64,000 nt of DNA from Archangium sp. (GTDB lineage: Bacteria > Myxococcota > Myxococcia > Myxococcales > Myxococcaceae): NCBI GenBank assembly GCA_035645295.1, contig DASQMW010000075.1, positions 270 to 64,269 on the forward strand, given 5' to 3'. Both the position numbers and the translations under genes were made by a program. This document shows, piece by piece, positions 19,724 through 29,596 of the stretch. Within the stretch, counting starts at the first letter, position 1, and each line of letters begins with the position of its first letter. The notes below the pieces were generated by a model. That model was given only the letters and a program-made list of their open reading frames with translations. It ran no database searches and was not told the origin of the DNA.

Positions 19724-22700
19724 ACCTCACCATTGGCGTCTACCAGAGCCGGGATTCCTCCGGGGGCTACCGGTGGACCACGCTCGCGCTCGGCCCCCAT
19801 ACCCGCAGCCGCGAGGGCCGGAGCACCGTCAAGCTTCAGCAGAAGCTGGTGGAGGATCTCCGGAGCATCATCGGCGAGCTGCCCGTCCGGGACCTGTCGT
19901 ACTTCCAACTCCCCCGAGGCCTCCGCCTGGAGCGGGTGCAGCTGGAGCTCGACTTCAAGCGCGTGCGCGCCGGAACCGAGACGCCACGGCTGTCTGGCCT
20001 CTTTCCGCTCATCCTCGAACCGCGCTGGCGCACGCGCGATGAGCTCATGACCATTGCCTACCACCCGTCGCGCCAGCACGAGTGGTTCCCGGTCGATACC
20101 GGCGCCAGCCTGGAGGATCAGGCAAAGGTCTTCTTCACCCGCGCCTGGGCCGCGTTGGAGTCGCACGAGCACGACGACCTGCGATCCAACCGCAAGGACA
20201 CCCTCAAGGCACTCGCGTTCATGGCCCGGCCGAAGTCGCTGCTCGACGAACTCGGCAAGAAGAAGGGGCCCTGGGACGATCTGGAGGTCGAGGACCGGCC
20301 GGACCGGAATGGCAACAAGAAGAAGCAGAAGAAGTCAGGCGGCGGCACCCAGGTGCTGCACAAGCTGGGGACGAACCTCACCCTCCAGGCCGCCGAGGGC
20401 ACGCTCGACGCCGGCATGCCGCGCAGTCCCTATCGCGAGCAGCTCCAGCTCCTGCTCGGAGGCGAGCGGCGCACACCGGTGCTGCTCGTCGGTCCTCCCG
20501 GCTGCGGCAAGCGGACCCTGCTCAAGCGCTTCGTGGCCGAGCAGCTCGAAGCCGAGGGCTTCCAGACACACCGCAACCTGGACAAGGTGACCGAGGTCTG
20601 GTCGATCGCCGGCAAGCGGATCATCGCCGGCATGAGCTACGTCGGCGATTGGGAGCAGCGCTGCCTCAAGGTACTCGAGGACACGAGGGGAGGGCGGCGC
20701 ATCCTCTTCGTCGAGGATCTGCATGCCTTCGGCCGCATTGGCCGCTCGCGGGAGAGTGACAGCAACCTCGCGCTCTTCTTCCAGGGGGCGATCTCCCGAG
20801 GGGAGCTCACGCTCGCTGGCACGGTGACGCCCGAGCAGCTCCAGCGGCTCGAGACCGACGCCCCGTCCTTCGCCGCGCTCTTCACCCAGGTGCACGTGCG
20901 CTCCACCAGCACGGACGAGACGCTCCGCATGCTGCTGCACGAAGCGCGCGAGCTGGAGTCCAAGCACCGCATCGCCTGGTCACCTCCGCTCTTCCCGGTC
21001 CTGCTGGAACAGGCCAGTTCACTCTTCGCCGGAGCCGCGCTGCCGGGCAAGGCGCTCGATCTGCTGCGCGAGCTGGCCACGGAGCAGGGGAGCCCGGGCA
21101 AGGAGATCGACATCGGCGGGCTTTTCGCGCACCTGTCGCGCAGGACGGGCCTGCCGGACTTCCTCCTGCGCCCCCAGGAGCGGCTGGTCCCGGAGGAGGT
21201 CCACGAGGCCCTGTCTCGCAAGGTGATGGGACAGCCGGAGGCCGTCCAGGCCGCGTGCGATCTCGTCACGCGCATCCACGCCGGGCTCACCGACCCCCGG
21301 CGTCCCTATGGCGTCTATCTGTTCACCGGCCCCACGGGCACCGGAAAGACGGAGCTCGCCCGTGCGCTGGCCAGCTACCTGTATGGCGATGCGTCGCGTC
21401 TGATCCGGCTCGACATGGGCGAGTTCCAGACGCCGGATGCCGTCGCGCGGCTCACGGGCGATGCCTGGCAACCCGAGGGCCGGCTGACACGCCTCATCCG
21501 CGAGCAGCCCTTCTCCCTCGTGCTGCTCGATGAGATCGAGAAGGCCCACCCCTCGCTGCTCAACCTGCTGCTGCAGACGTTCGACGAGGGCCGGCTGACG
21601 GACGCCTCGGGCGAGACGGCGGACTTCACCCATACCGTCATCGTGATGACGAGCAACCTCGGGGCCCGGCGCAAGCCCCCGGTGGGCATCGGGGAGCCGG
21701 ATGTGCGCTCCCTGGAGCTGGATGCGGACCGGGCCGTGCGCGAGTTCTTCCCGCCCGAGCTCTTCAACCGCATCGATCGCATCGTGCACTTCGGACCGCT
21801 TTCGCGGGAGGTGGGCGAGAAGGTCGTCGAGAAGGAGCTGGCGCGGCTGCTGTCCCGGCAGGGGCTCGTCTCTCGCAACATCTTCGTGGCCGCCGACGAG
21901 GCGGTGAAGCGGCGCATCGTCGAGGAGGCTTTCGATCCACACCTGGGTGCGCGGCCGCTGAAGCGCTACCTGGAGGAGAAGGTCGGTCAGGTCCTCTCCG
22001 AGTCCATCATCCGAGGGCCGCAGGCCTTCATGCGGCTGTTCCAGCTCTACAGCCGGGAGGGCCGCTTCGAGGTGCAGGCCGATGCGCTGATCCCCCGGGA
22101 GCCGGTACCCCATGGTTTCGCGCTGGAGCCACTCCTGGCGCTCCCCATCGCCCGGCTGCGCGAGAAGATGCTCGAGCTGCGCGAGGTGGTGCAGGGGATG
22201 CGCGAGAGCGAGGCCCTCGGCGCGCTGTCCGAGCAGGTCCGGTTCCACCTGGAGCGCCTGAAGGCGGGAGAGCACGAGCACGCCGAGTCGCTCTTCACGC
22301 TCGATGCGATGCGGATGTACCTGGAGGCGTTCGCGGCACAGCTGGAGTCCCTTGCCCGCGCCCCCGAGGAAGCGGAACGGGAGATGATCGAGGCCGAGCG
22401 TTTCGGAGTGGAGCGGATTGGCGCCGACCGCTGGTCTCCGGGGACGCGCATCCGGCTCTTCTCCCGCCGCGCCTTCGAGCCGGTGAAGGTCGTCTCCCGC
22501 GAGCAGATGCTCGATGCGCTGTCGGAGGTCTACTTCCTGCAACGCATCCTCCGCGGGCTCTCCAGCCCCGACCAGCACGTGGTCATGTTGGAGCTGCTCC
22601 CGCTCGGCCAGTGGCGGCAGGGTGCGTCCTCCGGCTCCCTGCTCGCCCGGTGGCTCTGCTCGGCCTACGCCCACTCGCGAGGGGAGCTCGAGTCCTTCGC

Positions 22701-23193
22701 CGCGCACCTGCCCGGTGGGGCCGTGGTGTCCGGCGGCCCCCGGCAGCTCCGGGAGTTCCTGCACCTGTCCATGCAGGAGCCGGTGCACGTGGCGATCAAG
22801 CTGGTGGGCCCAGGTGTGCGGCCCTTCTTCGAGGGAGAGGCCGGACTGCACGTCTGGCAGTCGTCGGGCCGGCTCCCGGAGATCGTCAAGGTCCGCGTCC
22901 ACGAGGCGGACGCGCCAGCGCCCTCGGAGCTGCTCGCGATGCACGGCGTGAAGCTCCAGGCCTTCCACAAGGCGCGCCAGGAGGGCGTGAGTCCGCTGCC
23001 AGAGGATCCCGAGTCGGCGGTCCCCGTCGTCCGCGCCTACCGCTTCGAGCCGCCCTCCCGCCCGGGGGCGGTGTCGGTGATGGAGCTCGACGACTACCTG
23101 CTGACCCATAGCGGCAGCCACCGCGTGAGGACTCCCGCCGAGGCCCTGCCGGCCCTGTGGCGGCTGCGGATGAGCGAGCGGGTGACTCCATGA
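19720..23193 (+). CDS. ClpA/B-like AAA+ ATPase 2 with C-terminal release-factor-like region
   Basis: ATGA overlap with upstream gene; D1 GPPGCGKR; D2 GPTGTGKTE, LLDEIEKAHP, PELFNRID, GARPLKR. Confidence 0.9.
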   Translation: MNLTIGVYQSRDSSGGYRWTTLALGPHTRSREGRSTVKLQQKLVEDLRSIIGELPVRDLSYFQLPRGLRLERVQLELDFKRVRAGTETPRLSGLFPLILEPRWRTRDELMTIAYHPSRQHEWFPVDTGASLEDQAKVFFTRAWAALESHEHDDLRSNRKDTLKALAFMARPKSLLDELGKKKGPWDDLEVEDRPDRNGNKKKQKKSGGGTQVLHKLGTNLTLQAAEGTLDAGMPRSPYREQLQLLLGGERRTPVLLVGPPGCGKRTLLKRFVAEQLEAEGFQTHRNLDKVTEVWSIAGKRIIAGMSYVGDWEQRCLKVLEDTRGGRRILFVEDLHAFGRIGRSRESDSNLALFFQGAISRGELTLAGTVTPEQLQRLETDAPSFAALFTQVHVRSTSTDETLRMLLHEARELESKHRIAWSPPLFPVLLEQASSLFAGAALPGKALDLLRELATEQGSPGKEIDIGGLFAHLSRRTGLPDFLLRPQERLVPEEVHEALSRKVMGQPEAVQAACDLVTRIHAGLTDPRRPYGVYLFTGPTGTGKTELARALASYLYGDASRLIRLDMGEFQTPDAVARLTGDAWQPEGRLTRLIREQPFSLVLLDEIEKAHPSLLNLLLQTFDEGRLTDASGETADFTHTVIVMTSNLGARRKPPVGIGEPDVRSLELDADRAVREFFPPELFNRIDRIVHFGPLSREVGEKVVEKELARLLSRQGLVSRNIFVAADEAVKRRIVEEAFDPHLGARPLKRYLEEKVGQVLSESIIRGPQAFMRLFQLYSREGRFEVQADALIPREPVPHGFALEPLLALPIARLREKMLELREVVQGMRESEALGALSEQVRFHLERLKAGEHEHAESLFTLDAMRMYLEAFAAQLESLARAPEEAEREMIEAERFGVERIGADRWSPGTRIRLFSRRAFEPVKVVSREQMLDALSEVYFLQRILRGLSSPDQHVVMLELLPLGQWRQGASSGSLLARWLCSAYAHSRGELESFAAHLPGGAVVSGGPRQLREFLHLSMQEPVHVAIKLVGPGVRPFFEGEAGLHVWQSSGRLPEIVKVRVHEADAPAPSELLAMHGVKLQAFHKARQEGVSPLPEDPESAVPVVRAYRFEPPSRPGAVSVMELDDYLLTHSGSHRVRTPAEALPALWRLRMSERVTP

Positions 23194-25490
23194 GCGAGAA
23201 GAGCCTTCGCGTCTACTTCACGACCCACCACGATGGCCGGCTCACCGGGCAGCTCCTGCCCGTCTGGGACAGCTTCTTCGATGATCCACCGCCCTCGGCC
23301 TACGGCAACAGCGAGGCGGAGATCTACGCGCTGCTCGAGACCCGCATCCGGATGATGCTGCTCGAGGCTCCCGCCGCGCTCGAACGCTTCCTCTGGGAGG
23401 AGACGCTGGAGGCGCGGACGATCACCGTGGAGATCCACCCGCAGACGGTGCACAAGAAGCGGCCGGTGATCGCCAAGGCGCTGGTCCCGCTGAAGCTCAC
23501 GTACGTCTACGGGAAGCTGGAGAGCGGTGCCTGGCGCGTGAGGGTGCCGCGCTTCGGCTGGTCGTTCGTCATCGAGGATCTGTCCATCGCGCGCGAGGTG
23601 TTGCAGAACGCGCTCACCACCGCGCTGCTCGGCGAGAAGCCCAAGGGCCTCTACGACTTCCGCCACGAGGGCGCGGAGTACGTGAGCAATTGGGACCTGG
23701 GCTGGTTGCAGCGGGACAGCAAGCGCGGCCCGGGCGAGGAGCGTCCGCCAGAGGTGCTCGAGCAGATCAGCGAGGAGCTGACCTCGCGCGCCCTGGGCGG
23801 GAGACAGCCGGCCCTGGTGTACGACGCCGAGTCGATGCGCTCCTGGCTCGCCTACGCCCAGCGTCAGCCACCCCAGTCCCTGCTGCTCGTCGGCGGCCCG
23901 GGCTCCGGCAAGACGAGCCAGGTGCTGAGGCTCGCGCGGTTGATCGCCGAGCTGCGGCGCGAGGACAAGAAGGCGGACCTGCCGAGAATCTGGCGCACCA
24001 GCGCCGAGCGCATCGTCGCCGGCATGGTGTACCTGGGCATGTGGCAGGAGCGCTGCCTGAAGATCGTCGACGCGCTCTCGTACGAGAACGACTACCTCTA
24101 CGTGGACCGGCTCACGTCCATCCTCGCGCCCCAGCCGGACGGCTCGTCCATTGGAGATCTGCTGCTCCCCGCGGCGATGAGCGGGGAGATCTCCCTCATC
24201 GCCGAGTGCACCGAGGCCGAACTCGAGCGCTGCCAGCGGCGCTTCCCGGAGTCGCTGCGGCCCTTCCGCATCGTCCGCATCGAGCCTCCTCCGGCCTCGC
24301 AGGTACCGGAGCTCATGCTGCGCTACCAGGCGGCGAAGCGCAGCCGCGTGAGCATCCACGCCCTGGGGCTGCGGCAGCTCGTCGGGCACCTGGAGACGTT
24401 CCAGCGCGACAGCCTGTTCCCGGGCAAGGCCTTCCGTTTCCTCGACTGGCTGGAGCAGCAGGGGGAGCGAGGCAAGGCCCGGACGCTCTATCCGCGCGAC
24501 GTCTCCGAGGCCTACGCGCGTTATACGGGGCTGCCGCTCCAGCTCATCAGTGACGAGGTTCCCGCCGAGCAGACCACGCTCGCGGGGCAGTTGAGGCAGG
24601 GCGTCATCGGCCAGGATCGCGCCTGCGAGCTGGCGGCGGGCGTGCTGGCGCGGTTCAAGGCGGGACTCAACGATCCGGAGAAGCCGGTGGGCACGCTGCT
24701 CTTCGCCGGGCCCACGGGCGTGGGGAAGACGGAGCTGTCCAAGCAGCTCTCGCGCACGCTCTTCGGCAACGAGGACCGGATGATCCGGCTCGACATGTCC
24801 GAGTACATGCTGCCCGGCTCGGCCCAGCGGCTGATGGAGGTGGGCCCCGGCATCACCAGCCTCGCCGAGCGGGTGCGGCAACAGCCGATGTCGCTCGTGC
24901 TTTTCGATGAGATCGAGAAGGCACACCCCGAGGTGTTCGATCTGCTGCTCGGCATCCTGGGGGAGGGGAGGCTCACGGACAGCCTCGGGCGGCTGGTGGA
25001 CTTCCGGATGGCGGTGGTCTGCATGACGAGCAACCTCGGCGTCGAGCAGTCGGAGCCCACGGGTTTCGGGGCCGAGCGCGGCTCGGAGGACTTCATGCGC
25101 GCCATCCGCCAGGCCTTCCGTCCGGAGCTGTTCAACCGCATCGACCACGTCATCCCGTTCCGCCGCCTGTCGGAGGCGGACGTGCTGCGGATCGTGGACC
25201 TGGAGCTGGAGAAGGCGGCCTCCCGGGCGGGACTGTTGAGGCGCCGGCTGCGGCTGGTGGTGGAACCGGATGCACGGGCCTGGCTGGCCCGTCACGGATA
25301 CGACCCGAAGCTCGGGGCCCGGCCGTTGAAGCGGCTCATCGAGGCGAAGGTGATGGCGCCCATCGCCGTGAAGCTCTCGGCCGAGGCGGGACTGGAGGGC
25401 GCGATGCTTCCAGTTGTCGTGGCCGGAACAGAAGCCGAGCGGATGCTGCGTCCGGAGTACCGCGCCCTCACCACGGTGCTCGGAGATTGA
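23190..25490 (+). CDS. ClpA/B-like AAA+ ATPase 3 (no C-terminal extension)
   Basis: ATGA overlap; D1 GGPGSGKT; D2 GPTGVGKTE, LDMSEY, FDEIEKAHP, GARPLKR. Confidence 0.9.
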   Translation: MSEKSLRVYFTTHHDGRLTGQLLPVWDSFFDDPPPSAYGNSEAEIYALLETRIRMMLLEAPAALERFLWEETLEARTITVEIHPQTVHKKRPVIAKALVPLKLTYVYGKLESGAWRVRVPRFGWSFVIEDLSIAREVLQNALTTALLGEKPKGLYDFRHEGAEYVSNWDLGWLQRDSKRGPGEERPPEVLEQISEELTSRALGGRQPALVYDAESMRSWLAYAQRQPPQSLLLVGGPGSGKTSQVLRLARLIAELRREDKKADLPRIWRTSAERIVAGMVYLGMWQERCLKIVDALSYENDYLYVDRLTSILAPQPDGSSIGDLLLPAAMSGEISLIAECTEAELERCQRRFPESLRPFRIVRIEPPPASQVPELMLRYQAAKRSRVSIHALGLRQLVGHLETFQRDSLFPGKAFRFLDWLEQQGERGKARTLYPRDVSEAYARYTGLPLQLISDEVPAEQTTLAGQLRQGVIGQDRACELAAGVLARFKAGLNDPEKPVGTLLFAGPTGVGKTELSKQLSRTLFGNEDRMIRLDMSEYMLPGSAQRLMEVGPGITSLAERVRQQPMSLVLFDEIEKAHPEVFDLLLGILGEGRLTDSLGRLVDFRMAVVCMTSNLGVEQSEPTGFGAERGSEDFMRAIRQAFRPELFNRIDHVIPFRRLSEADVLRIVDLELEKAASRAGLLRRRLRLVVEPDARAWLARHGYDPKLGARPLKRLIEAKVMAPIAVKLSAEAGLEGAMLPVVVAGTEAERMLRPEYRALTTVLGD

Positions 25491-25541
25491 AGCGAAGGAA
25501 ATTCACCCAAACGTGTAGCTCAGCATCCCCCCCCCACACCC

Positions 25542-26414
25542 ATGATCGCCACCGCACTCCTCGTCCTCCTCGCCGCGACGCCGTCCGGCACCGGTACCCT
25601 CCGCGCTTCCCTCCAGGAGCGCATCGCCCAGGTGAAAGGCGCCTCCGTGGCCGTTGCCTACCAGCACCTCGGCAATCCCAAGGACTCGCTCTTCCTGGAG
25701 CCCGATCGCTCCTTTCATGCGGCCAGCACCATGAAGGTGCCGGTGATGATCGAGTTCTTCCGCCAGGTGGATGCCGGCAAGCTGTCCGTGGGCCAGGAGC
25801 TGACCCTGGTCAATCAGTTCGCCTCCATCGTGGATGGCTCGCCGTATGCACTGGGTGTGGAGGACGACGAGGACGCTTCCCTCTATGAGCGGCTCGGCAA
25901 GCCGGTACCGGCGCGCGAGCTCGTGGAGCGGATGATCACCCGCTCGAGCAACCTGGCCACCAACACCGTCATTGCCCTCGTGGACGCGAAGCGCGTCACC
26001 AAGACGCTGCGCTCGCTGGGGGCCCGCCAGATGACCGTGCTGCGCGGCGTGGAGGATGGCAAGGCGTACCAGAAGGGCCTCAACAACACCGCGACGGCGC
26101 GGGACCTCGCCACCCTGATGACCGCCATCGAGCAGGGGAAGGCGGCGTCACCTGCCTCGACGCAGGCCATGCGCTCCATCCTCCTGGCCCAGGAGCTGAA
26201 CCTGGAGATCCCCGCGGGGCTTCCGCCGGGCACGCCAGTGGCGCACAAGACAGGGCAGATCTCCGGCGTCCTCCACGACGCCGCCATCGTCTACCCGTCC
26301 GGCCGTCCTCCCTACGTCCTCGTGGTGCTCACCAGCGGCATCCCGGACGAGAAGGTGGCCCGCGCGCTCATCGCGGACCTCTCCCGGCAGGTCCACGCGC
26401 ACGCGACGCGGTGA
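25542..26414 (+). CDS. Class A beta-lactamase-like serine hydrolase
   Basis: Signal peptide, AASTMK (SxxK), SSN, HKTG. Confidence 0.9.
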   Translation: MIATALLVLLAATPSGTGTLRASLQERIAQVKGASVAVAYQHLGNPKDSLFLEPDRSFHAASTMKVPVMIEFFRQVDAGKLSVGQELTLVNQFASIVDGSPYALGVEDDEDASLYERLGKPVPARELVERMITRSSNLATNTVIALVDAKRVTKTLRSLGARQMTVLRGVEDGKAYQKGLNNTATARDLATLMTAIEQGKAASPASTQAMRSILLAQELNLEIPAGLPPGTPVAHKTGQISGVLHDAAIVYPSGRPPYVLVVLTSGIPDEKVARALIADLSRQVHAHATR

Positions 26415-26522
26415 CTTTACCTGGGTCAAAAGCGCTGACGGGGATCGTGCCAGACGAAGAAGGGGTTGCCCTCGAGGTCCCAGAGTCCCCGCCGTCCTGC
26501 CCGTGATACGTTCCGGGACGCC

Positions 26523-27224
26523 GTGACCGAACGTCCTTCCATCCTGGTGGTCGATGATGATCCGCATCTGCGCGAGGTAGTGGGCTTCGCCCTCTCGCAG
26601 GCGGGCTTCCACGTCGAGCAGGCCTCCAACGGACGCGCCGGCCTGGAGCAGGTGCGCCGCTCCGTGCCCGCGCTCATCGTCCTGGACATCATGATGCCCG
26701 AGATGGATGGGCTCGAGATGTGCCGCGAGGTGCGCCGCGCCCATGAGGTTCCCATCGTGTTCCTCTCCTCGCGGGACGACGAGGTGGACCGGATCCTCGG
26801 GCTGGAGCTGGGCGGCGATGACTACCTCGCCAAGCCCTTCAGCCCGCGCGAGCTGGTGGCGCGCATCAAGGCCGTGCTCCGGCGGGCCCGTGCCACCGCG
26901 AGCCCCGCGGCCCCCGCTCCCTCGCCCTCCCAGGTGCTACAGCGCGGGCCCCTGCGGATGGACCTGGACCTGTGGCGCGCGTACTGGAACGGCCAGGAGG
27001 TGGTGCTGACCGTCACCGAGTTCCACCTGCTCTCCGCGCTCCTGCGAGCGCCCGGCAAGGCCTTCACCCGCGACGAGCTGATGACGCGCGTCTACGAGGA
27101 CGTGGTGGTGAGTGACCGTACCATCGACAGCCACGTGCGGCACATCCGGCAGAAGTTCGCCTCGGCCGGAGGCGAAGTCATCCAGACGGTGCATGGCCTT
27201 GGCTATCGGCTCGCGCTCCCCTGA
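26523..27224 (+). CDS. OmpR-family response regulator (CreB-like)
   Basis: ILVVDDD, LDIMMP, KPF, winged-helix RTIDSHV...TVHGLGY; GTG start. Confidence 0.92.
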   Translation: MTERPSILVVDDDPHLREVVGFALSQAGFHVEQASNGRAGLEQVRRSVPALIVLDIMMPEMDGLEMCREVRRAHEVPIVFLSSRDDEVDRILGLELGGDDYLAKPFSPRELVARIKAVLRRARATASPAAPAPSPSQVLQRGPLRMDLDLWRAYWNGQEVVLTVTEFHLLSALLRAPGKAFTRDELMTRVYEDVVVSDRTIDSHVRHIRQKFASAGGEVIQTVHGLGYRLALP

Positions 27225-27252
27225 CCGCCAGCGCGCCCGCCCGCGCCTGTGG

Positions 27253-28845
27253 ATGGTCTTCGCCGCGGTGGGTCTGGGTGCCCTGATCATCGCGCTGCTC
27301 GGCCTGGCGTTCGTCCGCGTCTACGACAACCAGCTCATCCGCCAGACGGAGACCGAGCTCATCGCCCAGGGCGCCGTCGTCACCGCCCTCTACGGCGAGC
27401 TGCTGCGCGAGCAGGTCGGGACGGAGGACTACGGCCTGACCCGGCTCTCGTCCTGGCCCTTCGCTTCGCCCGCGGACTCGAACCTGCAACCCATCCTTCC
27501 ATCGCTCCGGGCCTCGGACGAGGCGCTGCCTGCGGTGGAGGATCCCCCCGTCTCCGCCATCCCCGCTGAGCCGCGCGCGCGGGAGGCCGGCATGCGGCTC
27601 TCTCCGCTGCTCGTCCAGGTGCGGCGCTCCACCCTGGCCGGCATCCGCGTGGTGGATGCCCAGGGCGTGGTGGTGGCCAGCAGCTCCATGGGTCTCGGCA
27701 CCACGCTGCTGGCCCGGCAGGAGGTCCAGCGCGCCCTCCGGGGTGAGCCCCAGAGCGTCCTGCGCCGGCGCCTCGCCGATCCCGAGGACGCACCACTCGC
27801 CTCGCTGAGCCGCGACACCGGGGTGCGGGTGACGGTGGTGCTGCCGGTGCTCGTGGGGGAGCGGGTCTGGGGCGCGGTGCTGCTCTCCCGCACGCCCATG
27901 ACGTTCGCCAAGGCTCTCTACGCGGACCGGTGGAACCTCACGGCCACCGGGCTGGTGCTGCTGGGCGTGGTGGGGTTGATGTCGCTGGCCGCGGCGGCCC
28001 TGGTGGTCCGCCCGGTGAGGGCCCTGGTGCGGCAGACGCGGGCCATCGCCGCCAGCGCTCCCGAGGGCTTCGAGCCGGTGGCTCGCCCGGTGGTGGAGGA
28101 GCTCGCCGAGCTCTCCGAGTCCCTGGCCGGCATGGCCACGGCGCTGAGGGATCGCAACCAGTACATCCGCTCCTTCGCGGCCAACGTGTCGCACGAGTTC
28201 AAGACGCCGCTGGCCTCCATCCAGGGCGCGGTGGAGCTGCTGCGCGACAGCGCCGACGGCATGTCCCCCGAGCAGCGCGAGCGCTTCCTCGCCAACATCG
28301 ACGCGGATGCCCGGCGGCTCACCCGGCTGGTGCAGCGGCTGCTGGAGCTCGCCCGCGCGGACTCGCTGGTGGCCCGTCCCTCGCGGACGGAGGTGGCCCC
28401 GTTGCTGGCGGCCCTGGCGGAGCGGGGCCGGGCCCAGGGGCTGGCCGTGGAGGTGGGGGCGGTGCCCGCGGGGTTCATCCTGGGCCTGCCCGCCGAGGTG
28501 CTGGAGGACATCGTCTGGCAGCTCATCACCAACGCCTCGCAACACGGAGGCGAGGGCGTGCGCGTGCGGCTGGAGGCCAACGCGGCGGGTGAGGGGAGGG
28601 GACGGGTGGTGGTGCGCGACGATGGGAAGGGCATCTCCGAATCCAACCGGGCCCGCGTCTTCGACGCCTTCTTCACCACGGCGCGCGAGCGGGGAGGCAC
28701 GGGGCTCGGCTTGACGATCGCCCAGTCGATGCTGCGGGCCTTCGGGGCCAACCTGGAGCTGTTGCCCCCGGAGCAACGGGGAGCGGCCTTCGCGGTGGTG
28801 GCGGCGGCGGATCCCCGCTTGTGGACGGGCCCCTCCTCGGGCTAG
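27253..28845 (+). CDS. Membrane sensor histidine kinase (CreC-like); start uncertain (27193 possible)
   Basis: 2 TM, HAMP, SHEFKTPL H-box, DDGKG, FFTT, GTGLGL. Confidence 0.88.
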   Translation: MVFAAVGLGALIIALLGLAFVRVYDNQLIRQTETELIAQGAVVTALYGELLREQVGTEDYGLTRLSSWPFASPADSNLQPILPSLRASDEALPAVEDPPVSAIPAEPRAREAGMRLSPLLVQVRRSTLAGIRVVDAQGVVVASSSMGLGTTLLARQEVQRALRGEPQSVLRRRLADPEDAPLASLSRDTGVRVTVVLPVLVGERVWGAVLLSRTPMTFAKALYADRWNLTATGLVLLGVVGLMSLAAAALVVRPVRALVRQTRAIAASAPEGFEPVARPVVEELAELSESLAGMATALRDRNQYIRSFAANVSHEFKTPLASIQGAVELLRDSADGMSPEQRERFLANIDADARRLTRLVQRLLELARADSLVARPSRTEVAPLLAALAERGRAQGLAVEVGAVPAGFILGLPAEVLEDIVWQLITNASQHGGEGVRVRLEANAAGEGRGRVVVRDDGKGISESNRARVFDAFFTTARERGGTGLGLTIAQSMLRAFGANLELLPPEQRGAAFAVVAAADPRLWTGPSSG

Positions 28846-28962
28846 ACCCACCTCCGCCCGAGGTGGTCCCATGCTGGTCTGCGTCCGTGACGCAGCAGGT
28901 GGGGTGCCTGCGTGCCAAGGGGGCCTGACCCATGGGTCTGGGCACAGCAAGGAAGCAACACC

Positions 28963-29523
28963 ATGTTGAAGAACGAAAGACTCGTTTTCGATCAGACCGT
29001 CGAGGGGCTTTTCGTCCGGGCGCTCGGTAGCAAGATCACGCCCGCGCTCAAGCTACAGCTCAAGCAGGCGGGGTTGGACCTGGACAAGCGGCTGATGCCG
29101 GCCTACCCGGTGGATGTCTGGGAGCAGTGCCTGCGCCTGGCGGCGAGGTCGTTGCACCCGGGGAAGCCGGAAGCGGACGCGTTCCGGATGCTCGGCGAGC
29201 GGCACATCGAGGGGTACAGCGAGACGATGCTGGGCCGCGCCCTCTTCGGCGTGTTCCGGCTGCTGAACCGCAAGCGAAGGCTGGCGCGCGTGCGGCAGAA
29301 CTTCCGCGCGGGCAACAACTACCAGGAAGCCCTCATCACCGATGTGGCGCCCAACGTGGTGGACATGTGGTTGAACGAGCGCGGCATGCTGCGCCACTTC
29401 AAGCACGGCATCGTCGTGGGCACGGGCCGCTGCGCGGGGGACCTCGATGCCACCGTGGAACTGCGCCACTTTGATGATGAGGGCGTAACCTTCCGCATCA
29501 GCTGGCCGGAGGAGAAGCGCTGA
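28963..29523 (+). CDS. DUF2378 (Myxococcales-restricted) family protein
   Basis: ERLVFDQTVEGLF...YP...LGE..IEGY..T.LGR...NFR.GNNY. Confidence 0.85.
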   Translation: MLKNERLVFDQTVEGLFVRALGSKITPALKLQLKQAGLDLDKRLMPAYPVDVWEQCLRLAARSLHPGKPEADAFRMLGERHIEGYSETMLGRALFGVFRLLNRKRRLARVRQNFRAGNNYQEALITDVAPNVVDMWLNERGMLRHFKHGIVVGTGRCAGDLDATVELRHFDDEGVTFRISWPEEKR

Positions 29524-29596
29524 AGCGATGTGCTGTGGGCGAGTCTTGCCTGGCCGCGCTGGCTCTGCGAGGGTGCACGTATAGGGGGGTGACGGT

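Noticed and set aside
16361-25490. Calling these genes clpB or T6SS clpV
   Set aside because: No Clp-N repeats, M-domain or GYVG loop, and no T6SS genes nearby.
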